Assembly: GCA_964636545.1 (NCBI GenBank)
Contig: CAZWSR010000014.1
Location: 1-15,101, forward strand
Length of the DNA stretch: 15,101 bases
DNA from: Candidatus Undinarchaeota archaeon
GTDB taxonomy: Archaea; Undinarchaeota; Undinarchaeia; Undinarchaeales; UBA543
Direction of reading: 5' to 3'
Positions 6,774 to 13,358 of this stretch are shown here, in pieces. The notes beneath the pieces are model-generated. The model saw only the letters and a program-made list of their open reading frames with translations, searched no databases and was not told where the DNA came from. How positions within the stretch are numbered: position 1 is the first letter of the stretch; every line of letters starts with the position of its first letter. The translations under genes and the position numbers were made by a program.

Positions 6774-8519
6774 CTAACACTGTCCACTTGCAGCTGCCTG
6801 GTTTTGACTCAATAATGCATCACAGCCAGTTAGCCCTGTGTTCATACTGCAGATACTTTGTTTGAGTTGTTCAGCAGATGCCCCACTCCCCTGAATAACA
6901 TTGTTAAACAAGAATGTTGGAGATGAACCAATTTCAAGTTGGTTGGAATCTGCAATATTTTCAGTAAACAATCGAGTTCCTTCTGCTCCTTCAGCACAAG
7001 TTCTAATTTGAGAATCGCTTATGCCAACTTTCTTAATTAATGGGTAACTGTCAATATTTGCAAGGCAAGTCTGATAACCAGCATAATCCTGAGTTTCTGC
7101 CATAACGTCTCCGCAAGCATTATATTCTGCAATGTATGCAGTTGTGTAATCAAAGTATTTGTCTTTAGCATATTTTAGAATACAAACTTGAACAATGTTT
7201 TCATCAACTTCTGGTTGACCATGTAAACTGTCGAATGTGCCATCGCCATTGGCATTTGCAATAAATCTAATATCCCAATTAAGTTCTGGCATTGCAGTTA
7301 CAACTTCTTTCAAGGTTGCCTGCGCCATTGTTCCGTAAGGACATTGACTCATTATGAAAAGAGACACGCTGTCTGCTAGTTCTTCTCTGTTGATTTGTTT
7401 TACACCAGGAACACGAAGTAAATATAGGTCGCCTTGTTTTACAAGATACTGTTGAAGTGTTGCATAACCAGCTGAAGTTTCAATACTTGGATCAAACACT
7501 AATATTGGAAGTGAAGTTGCACTGAATGTGTTGATAAGTTCACTACCTTCTGTTGATTCATGGGAAATTGTTTCCACTTTCAAAGATGGAACAATTCCTT
7601 TTAACTGAGAAATAAGTGATGCTGCATCGCAAAGAGCACAATCAAGATCATTTACAACTGTTACACTAACTGGGTCTGCGACTTCAATGTTTGCACATAC
7701 ATCTGAGTTTGGAATTGCTTCACAAAGTGCTGTTGTAATTCCCTGTTCACTTCTTGAACCAGAATATTTTGCCCCATTAATGTAAATGGTTGGAGAACCA
7801 GATACTTGAAGTTCGCCAGATTTTTCGATATTCTCAATAAACAATTCTTTGGTTTCCTGAGTTTCTGAACAAGCTCGAATTGCTTCAGCATCAAGTCCAA
7901 CTGCATCTGCAGCAGCTTCAAATGAAGTTTCTGCGTTTCTATAATCAGGATTAAATTCTCTTAGATAATCAAAGAATTTGTCTGGGTTGTTTTTAATAAT
8001 ACAAAGCTGCCTCATATTTTCATCAACTTCAGGTTGACCATGCAGACTTGAGAAACCGTCGCCAGATTCTCTAGCTATGAAATACAAATTAAAATCAACA
8101 TCGCCGTCAAAGTTTTCAATTATCGGCATAATAAGATCTTCTGCCTGAACACCGTAAGGGCATTGACTCATAACGAAAAGATCAAGAGAAGCATCAGCTG
8201 AATTATCTCCGAAATTGCTAATCAATGCACCAGTTGGAGATGAAACTCCAGTGTTTGAAAACCATGTGAAAAATACAGCTAACAAAAGAAAAGCGCCAAC
8301 AAATGCTGCAACTTTTACAGATCCAGAAGGCATTCCAAGAATTCTGTTTGTTGCCTTGTGGTGGCAGTGTTTGCAGAAATCCTTTTTCTCGTGTGGATTA
8401 TGACATTTGCTGCAAATGTGTCCGCCACAACCATCACATTTATAGTAATGGTCCTTAGCAGGATGTAATTTAACTTTGCAGTGTTTGCAAGTGTGGTGTA
8501 TGAAGTCAACTTTAACCAT
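6774..8519 (-). CDS. Membrane-anchored multi-domain thioredoxin-fold (DsbA/GILT-like) protein with N-terminal Cys/His zinc-binding region
   Basis: CKHC, CDGC, CSKC and CKHC pairs, then a TM helix. Duplicated domain with F[VI]MSQCPYG ... F[SD]SLHGQPEVDEN ... [GS]SPT (cis-Pro loop), separated by a CALC thioredoxin-like domain. GAGG SD and TTATATAT at 8550-8557. Confidence 0.8.
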   Translation of the reverse strand: MVKVDFIHHTCKHCKVKLHPAKDHYYKCDGCGGHICSKCHNPHEKKDFCKHCHHKATNRILGMPSGSVKVAAFVGAFLLLAVFFTWFSNTGVSSPTGALISNFGDNSADASLDLFVMSQCPYGVQAEDLIMPIIENFDGDVDFNLYFIARESGDGFSSLHGQPEVDENMRQLCIIKNNPDKFFDYLREFNPDYRNAETSFEAAADAVGLDAEAIRACSETQETKELFIENIEKSGELQVSGSPTIYINGAKYSGSRSEQGITTALCEAIPNSDVCANIEVADPVSVTVVNDLDCALCDAASLISQLKGIVPSLKVETISHESTEGSELINTFSATSLPILVFDPSIETSAGYATLQQYLVKQGDLYLLRVPGVKQINREELADSVSLFIMSQCPYGTMAQATLKEVVTAMPELNWDIRFIANANGDGTFDSLHGQPEVDENIVQVCILKYAKDKYFDYTTAYIAEYNACGDVMAETQDYAGYQTCLANIDSYPLIKKVGISDSQIRTCAEGAEGTRLFTENIADSNQLEIGSSPTFLFNNVIQGSGASAEQLKQSICSMNTGLTGCDALLSQNQAAASGQC

Positions 8520-8623
8520 TTTTGTTCCTCAAGAGTAGTGACATAGGTCATATATAAGCATTAGCTTCTCCCGTAACCTCGTCTCGTTTGTAATGATGAA
8601 TGGAGTATTTAAATGTTATTTAA

Positions 8624-10099
8624 CTACCGTTTCAACTTCCACTTAACACCTTTTTTTGTGTCTTCCAAAATAATTCCTAATTTATCAAGCTCATTTCTGA
8701 GCCGGTCAGACTTATCATAATCTTTGTTAGTTCTTGCTTGATCGCGAATTTCAATAACTAAATTCATTAAATCACCAAATGTTTTGAATTTAGTTTTGTC
8801 AGATTTCAAATCTTTTACAAGTTTTGTAACAGAATCAATAATTGCTTCAGTTACTTGCGGTTCTGCTGGATTAAACAAGTTAAAAATATTATCAAGATCT
8901 TCAAATTCTTCAAGGAATTTTCTCAGAACTTTGCTAGTGTGCTTGCCTTCTATATATATATTAGCAAGTTTGGAAAGCTCGAAAAGTTTTGCAAGAGCAA
9001 TGCTTGTGTTGAAATCATCATCCAATGCAGAGAGAATTTCAGTTTTTATTCTTGTGATTTCTTTTGAAATTTTCTTGTCAGCAGGTGTTTCTTTTTCACC
9101 AGTTGCAACACCAAGTGCGTGCTTTATATTATTAATAGTATTAAGCAACTTATCAAGATTAGTTTTGGCTTGCTCAAGATAAATATCTGCAAAATCAATT
9201 TGAGAACGATAATGGGTTGAGAGAAGAAAGAACCGCAAAGTGCTTGCATCATATCGCTTTAGAAGCTCGCGAATTGTTGAGAAATTTTTGAGCGACTTGC
9301 TCATTTTTGCTTTGTTAACTGTCACAAAACCATTGTGCAACCAATATTTCACAAATTTCTTTCCAGTATATGATTCACTTTGAGCAATTTCATTAGTATG
9401 ATGTGGGAAAATTAAATCTTGTCCACCGCCGTGAATATCCAGAGTTTCTCCTAAGTATTTCATGGACATTGCAGAACATTCAATATGCCAACCAGGTCGG
9501 CCAGCACCCCAAGGTGAATCCCAGAAAATCTCTCCTTTTTTAGCTTTTTTCCAGAGAGCAAAATCAAGTGGCTCGTCTTTCAAAGTGGACGCTTCTATTC
9601 GCTTTCCAGTCTCCATTTCATCCAAATTCATTCCAGAAAGTTTTGTGTAATTCTTGGCTTTAGAAACAGAGAAATAAACATCGCCGTCAACATGATAAGC
9701 AAATCCTTTTTCAATTAGACCTCTGATAAGATCAATTATTTCAGGAAGTGATTCAGTTGCTTTTGGCTGGAAATCTGGTTTTTGAATTCCAAGAGCATCC
9801 ATATCAGTATTAAATTCTTGAGCAAAACGTGCAGCTAGCGCTAATGGATTAGTTTTTTCTTCATTTGCGCGCTTGATAATTTTGTCCTCAACATCAGTAA
9901 TGTTTTGAACATAAGTTACCTTAAGGCCTTTGTATCGAAGATACCTATTTACAATATCAAAAGCAACATAAGCACGAGCATGCCCCAGATGGGCATAGTC
10001 GTAACAAGTTGGACCACACACATACATGTGAACTTGCCCAGGCTTCATTGGCTTGAAAATTTCTTTTTTCCGAGTCAATGTGTTGTAGAGTTTTAGCAT
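8624..10099 (-). CDS. cysS: Cysteine--tRNA ligase
   Basis: MLKLYNTLTR, YVCGPT, HLGH (HIGH motif), GRPGWHIECSAM, DIHGGGQDLIFPHH, KMSKS, ALDDDFNT. Confidence 0.98.
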   Translation of the reverse strand: MLKLYNTLTRKKEIFKPMKPGQVHMYVCGPTCYDYAHLGHARAYVAFDIVNRYLRYKGLKVTYVQNITDVEDKIIKRANEEKTNPLALAARFAQEFNTDMDALGIQKPDFQPKATESLPEIIDLIRGLIEKGFAYHVDGDVYFSVSKAKNYTKLSGMNLDEMETGKRIEASTLKDEPLDFALWKKAKKGEIFWDSPWGAGRPGWHIECSAMSMKYLGETLDIHGGGQDLIFPHHTNEIAQSESYTGKKFVKYWLHNGFVTVNKAKMSKSLKNFSTIRELLKRYDASTLRFFLLSTHYRSQIDFADIYLEQAKTNLDKLLNTINNIKHALGVATGEKETPADKKISKEITRIKTEILSALDDDFNTSIALAKLFELSKLANIYIEGKHTSKVLRKFLEEFEDLDNIFNLFNPAEPQVTEAIIDSVTKLVKDLKSDKTKFKTFGDLMNLVIEIRDQARTNKDYDKSDRLRNELDKLGIILEDTKKGVKWKLKR

Positions 10100-10100
10100 C

Positions 10101-11012
10101 TTAATCCACCTTAAATATCGGCGTACTTAAGTATTTCGCGCCACCATCTGGAAGAACAGTTACAACAATTCCACTCTCAAGCTTCTCTGCCTCTTGCAAA
10201 GCAATATGCATTGCAGCACCAGAGCTCATTCCAGCAAAGATTCCTTCTTCTTTTGCTAGCGCTTTTGTCCACTTAACAGCATCTTCCTGAGTCACATTGA
10301 TTTTCTCATCCACAAAATCTTCCTTAAAGATTGATGGAGGAAATGGCTCGCCCATGTTTCTCAAACCCTGAATTGGCTTGCCAAGGAAAGGCTCTACTGC
10401 AACTATTCTGGCATCTGGATATTTTTCTTTAATCCGTCTTCCAGCACCCATTATAGTTCCGCCAGTGCCGATTCCTGCAACAAACACATCAATTTTTCCA
10501 GGCACTTGGTTAACAAGTTCAATACCAGTTGTTTCATAATGTGCTTGCTCATTTGAAGGGTTGTTAAATTGATCCGGGAGGAAGTATTTGTCAGGATTCT
10601 CCTTAGCCATTTTGTAACCATCTTCAACAGCCCCAGGAGTACCCCTTGACCCTTCAGTTAGGACAAGTTCAGCACCAAATGCCTTGAGAAAAGCTCTTCG
10701 CTCAACACTAACGCTTTCAGGCATCACAAACAAGGTTTTGTAGCCCTTTTGGGCCGCCACCATTGCCAAACCAATTCCAGTATTGCCTGAAGTTGGCTCA
10801 AGAATGATCTTGTCTTTTGTGAGCTTTCCAGTGCGCTCAGCATCTGCTATCATATACTTGGCAATTCTGTCTTTCACAGAGCCGCCAGCATTATTCCGCT
10901 CTAACTTGACGTAGAGCGAAACATTCTTGTTTCGGTTCAGTTTGTTTATTTTCACAACCGGAGTTTCACCGATCAATGCGTTTACATTTGCCTTAGCGGC
11001 AAAGGTAACCAC
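10101..11012 (-). CDS. cysM: PLP-dependent cysteine synthase (CysK/CysM family, CysM-like IQGLRN loop)
   Basis: GGSVKDR (PLP lysine), EPTSGNTG, QFNNPSN, GIGTGGT, GMSSGAA, PDGGAKYLST. Stop is 1 nt from the cysS start. The GTG start is uncertain (see findings) and the CysK vs CysM assignment is tentative. Confidence 0.9.
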   Translation of the reverse strand: MVTFAAKANVNALIGETPVVKINKLNRNKNVSLYVKLERNNAGGSVKDRIAKYMIADAERTGKLTKDKIILEPTSGNTGIGLAMVAAQKGYKTLFVMPESVSVERRAFLKAFGAELVLTEGSRGTPGAVEDGYKMAKENPDKYFLPDQFNNPSNEQAHYETTGIELVNQVPGKIDVFVAGIGTGGTIMGAGRRIKEKYPDARIVAVEPFLGKPIQGLRNMGEPFPPSIFKEDFVDEKINVTQEDAVKWTKALAKEEGIFAGMSSGAAMHIALQEAEKLESGIVVTVLPDGGAKYLSTPIFKVD

Positions 11013-11040
11013 TATTTTTTCCTAAAGTTTTTTCACTCAT
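10993..11040 (-). CDS. Possible short uORF MSEKTLGKNSGYLCR overlapping the cysteine synthase start (or the frameshifted N-terminus of that gene)
   Basis: AGGAG SD at 11050-11054, 9 nt before ATG 11040. TAA at 10993-10995. Out of frame with GTG 11012 by one nucleotide. Confidence 0.4.
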   Translation of the reverse strand: MSEKTLGKNSGYLCR

Positions 11041-11061
11041 TTTTGTAATCTCCTAAAATTA

Positions 11062-11088
11062 GACATCTGATAGTTAATATCAAATATC
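11062..11088 (-). other. Hairpin immediately 3' of tRNA-Cys
   Basis: GATATTTGATA-TTAAC-TATCAGATGTC: 11-bp stem with two G-U pairs. Confidence 0.55.
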
Positions 11089-11091
11089 TGA

Positions 11092-11164
11092 AGCAGGGAG
11101 GGGGATTTGAACCCCCATCATGCGCTCTGCAGGCGCACGCATAACCGGGTTTTGCTATCCCTGC
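11092..11164 (-). tRNA. tRNA-Cys (GCA)
   Basis: Acceptor stem GCAGGGA/TCCCTGC with U discriminator, anticodon arm TGCGC-CTGCAGA-GCGCA, T arm GGGGG-TTCAAAT-CCCCC. No encoded CCA and no intron. Confidence 0.97.
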
Positions 11165-11231
11165 GCTTTTTTTTAAAAAAGTCACTAGCAAAGAAATTTT
11201 AAAGAAAAGAGGAACACCTATGAATCTGTTT

Positions 11232-11273
11232 TCAACAACAGCAACAACAACAAATTTTGTCTGTGTTCATCAT
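11232..11273 (-). CDS. Putative polycysteine leader peptide MMNTDKICCCCCC
   Basis: ATG ATG AAC ACA GAC AAA ATT TGT TGT TGT TGC TGT TGT TGA: six consecutive Cys codons then a stop, directly upstream of tRNA-Cys, cysteine synthase and cysS. Confidence 0.8.
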   Translation of the reverse strand: MMNTDKICCCCCC

Positions 11274-11293
11274 TTTGAGAGTAGCAGTGGTAG

Positions 11294-11301
11294 TATTTAA
11301 A
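11294..11301 (-). promoter_or_regulatory. Archaeal TATA box for the leader peptide / cysteine operon
   Basis: TTTAAATA beginning 28 and 31 nt upstream of the two tandem ATGs, consistent with a leaderless transcript. Confidence 0.6.
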
Positions 11302-11302
11302 T

Positions 11303-11638
11303 TTAACTTAAAGTGCAATCAGATGTTGGCTCTTCATCAACTAAACCATCGCCATCATCGTCCTCACCATTCCAAGTTCGCATTTCACACGCTTGTTCAT
11401 TAATACACAAGCAACCGCCAGTGTTGTCACAAGCTAGTTCATTGCAATCAAGATCAGCGCAGTCAATTAGACCATCATTATCATTATCCAATTCATCATA
11501 ACAATTTGTTTCAGCAGTATCAAATCCAGCAGCTTCAGTAAACTTTCCAACCATGCCAGAGTTACTAGATAAATAAAAGGCTCCGCCACCAACAAGTAAG
11601 AGTGCTATAAAAACGATGATGATTATTTTCAATTCCAT
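11303..11638 (-). CDS. Small membrane-anchored Asp/Cys-rich protein with putative metal (Ca)-binding repeats
   Basis: N-terminal TM helix. ETNCYDELDNDNDGLIDCADLDC and NGEDDDGDGLVDE are DxDxDG-type repeats. TTTTATAC box at 11663-11670. Confidence 0.8.
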   Translation of the reverse strand: MELKIIIIVFIALLLVGGGAFYLSSNSGMVGKFTEAAGFDTAETNCYDELDNDNDGLIDCADLDCNELACDNTGGCLCINEQACEMRTWNGEDDDGDGLVDEEPTSDCTLS

Positions 11639-11704
11639 TGCACAGATATTGTGAACTTGCTGGTATAAAAGGGTTTTGTGGAGAGATTGCGGATATGGTT
11701 AATA

Positions 11705-11771
11705 AGGCAGTGGGTAGTGGGCACTAGGCAGTAGGTCTGACCTACCACCCACTGCCTAATGCCTACTGCCC
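11705..11771. repeat. Intergenic symmetric inverted repeat built from heptamer units
   Basis: AGGCAGT GGGTAGT GGGCACT AGGCAGT AGGTC-T-GACCT ACCACCC ACTGCCT AATGCCT ACTGCCC. The core GTAGGTC-T-GACCTAC is a perfect inverted repeat. Confidence 0.85.
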
Positions 11772-11788
11772 GAACCAATAGGATAAAC

Positions 11789-11796
11789 TTATAAAC
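11789..11796 (+). promoter_or_regulatory. Archaeal BRE/TATA for the thiI operon
   Basis: Purine-rich GGATAAA followed by TTATAAAC, 35 nt upstream of ATG 11824. Confidence 0.55.
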
Positions 11797-11823
11797 ACCT
11801 TATCTACCTAACCCTACAACTAG

Positions 11824-12489
11824 ATGGCACAGAAAACCTCAGCTCAAAAGAGTAGCGGAAATAAAGTCGTCTCATTAATCTCGGGCGGCATTGACTCTCC
11901 GGTTGCATCATCTCTGATGCTCGACCAGGGTCTTGAAGTGATTTTTGCGCACTGCGACAGCAGACCATTTACGAAAAATGAAACAGTTGATAAAACAAAA
12001 GAGCTAATAAAAATTCTTGCAAAGCGTTACAAAATAAAGCCACGGCTCTACATGATACCGCATGCTCCAGTACAATCTGCTATTCTTGAAAAAGTTGATC
12101 ACAAAGTTCTTTGTGTAATTTGCAAGCGAATGATGTACCGAGTTGTTGAGAAAATTGCTGAAAAAGAAAAAGCTCATGCACTTGTGACTGGCGAGAACCT
12201 TGGCCAAGTTGCTTCTCAGACACTTGATAATCTTGTTGTTGAGGATTCTGCAATAGGACTCCCAATTCTTCGCCCATTGCTTGGATATGACAAAAACGAA
12301 ATCATAGAAATTGCTAAGAAAATAAACACATATTGGGTTTCAATACTTCCAGGAGTTTGCTGTAAGTTTGTTCCAAAATACCCTGAAACTCATTCTGAAC
12401 TTAAAGAAATTGAAAAACTAGAAAAACAAATTGATATTAAAAAACTTGTTAGTGATGCAGTGAAAAACGCAAAGGAGGTAGCACTATGA
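11824..12489 (+). CDS. thiI: tRNA 4-thiouridine synthase ThiI, catalytic PP-loop domain only (CxxC type, no THUMP domain)
   Basis: SGGIDSPVA PP-loop, CVICKRMM, TGENLGQVASQTLDNL, RPLLGYDKNEII and a downstream CC. Only 221 aa. Confidence 0.9.
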   Translation: MAQKTSAQKSSGNKVVSLISGGIDSPVASSLMLDQGLEVIFAHCDSRPFTKNETVDKTKELIKILAKRYKIKPRLYMIPHAPVQSAILEKVDHKVLCVICKRMMYRVVEKIAEKEKAHALVTGENLGQVASQTLDNLVVEDSAIGLPILRPLLGYDKNEIIEIAKKINTYWVSILPGVCCKFVPKYPETHSELKEIEKLEKQIDIKKLVSDAVKNAKEVAL

Positions 12490-13358
12490 AATTTGACACA
12501 ATCCTTGTGCGTTATGGAGAAATTGGTTTGAAAAGTCCACAGACAAGACGAATTTTTGAAAACAAGTTTATGGAAAATATCAAAGGACTTCTTAACAAAC
12601 ATGTTATTGATTTTGAAGATATTAAAACAGAATGGGGCAGAGTTTACATTAACACAACTGACGAGAATGCTCTTAAATTACTTAGAACAATTTTTGGAAC
12701 AGCTACATTTTCACCAGCAGCATCTTGCTCAGCAGACATGAAAGAAATTTCAAAATTATCATTAGTAGTTGCAAAAAGTAAAATTAAGAAAGAAGATACA
12801 TTTGCTGTTCGCGTTTCAAGACAAGGAATTCATGATTTCAAAAGTCGCGACATCAAAAAACAAATTGGTTCTGACATAAAAAAAGCAACTGAAGCAGGTG
12901 TTGATTTAGATAAGCCAAACCGCGAAGTTTTTGTTGAAGTGCGGAACAAAAAAGCTTATGTTTTTGTTGAAAAAATTCCAGGACCTGGTGGAATTCCGCA
13001 GGGGATTGAAGGAAAAGTGCTTGGGATTTTTGATGAGAAAAAACCATATCAGGTAGCTGCTTATTTAATGGCAAAGCGCGGTTGTGAAATTGAAGCAGTT
13101 GCTTCAAAAGAACTTGATTTAGGTAATTTAAAACACTGGCTTGGTGATTTCAAAGTTCATATTGTTGATTCAAAAGATCTTTACAAAGAAACTGAGAGAA
13201 TTGCAAAAGAGCAGAAAATCAAAGCGATTTTCACAGCAGATGGGCTAAATGAATTGCAAGATTTTAAGAAAATTAAAATTAATGTTCCAATCTTCAGACC
13301 TTTGATTGGTTTGGATGAGAGGAAAATTAAAATTGTTGAGCAGAGTATAAATGGATAG
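12486..13358 (+). CDS. ThiI-like THUMP domain protein with degenerate C-terminal PP-loop domain
   Basis: ILVRYGEIGLKS (ThiI N-terminus), TFAVRVSR..H.F.S, VDLDKP...VEVR, GPGGIPQG.EGKV. SGGIDS is absent but AAYLMAKRGC and PIFRPLIGLD remain. ATGA overlap and GGAGG SD. Confidence 0.88.
   Translation: MKFDTILVRYGEIGLKSPQTRRIFENKFMENIKGLLNKHVIDFEDIKTEWGRVYINTTDENALKLLRTIFGTATFSPAASCSADMKEISKLSLVVAKSKIKKEDTFAVRVSRQGIHDFKSRDIKKQIGSDIKKATEAGVDLDKPNREVFVEVRNKKAYVFVEKIPGPGGIPQGIEGKVLGIFDEKKPYQVAAYLMAKRGCEIEAVASKELDLGNLKHWLGDFKVHIVDSKDLYKETERIAKEQKIKAIFTADGLNELQDFKKIKINVPIFRPLIGLDERKIKIVEQSING

Noticed and set aside
8560-8623. Second TATA-like TTTAAATA (8613-8606) after cysS, suggesting a small RNA
   Set aside because: No ORF or convincing structure follows. 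It may be a tandem promoter or AT-rich noise.
59-10096. Numerous short plus-strand ORFs in the track (e.g. 59-331, 1793-2110, 3821-4327, 8784-9182)
   Set aside because: They are antisense shadows of well-supported minus-strand genes and show no recognisable motifs.
11092-11164. tRNA as an integration site for a mobile element
   Set aside because: No integrase and no duplicated tRNA 3' end in the window.
11232-11234. TGA after the Cys run as a selenocysteine codon
   Set aside because: No SECIS-like structure recognised, and read-through meets a TAG four codons later.
11233-11253. (CAA)n/(TGT)n microsatellite as a mere simple repeat
   Set aside because: The run is in frame with tandem ATGs, ends exactly at a stop, is interrupted only by a synonymous Cys codon and precedes cysteine genes, so a coding explanation fits better.
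11705-11771. CRISPR array or IS terminal repeats
   Set aside because: No repeat-spacer organisation, no cas or transposase gene, and no clear target-site duplication.
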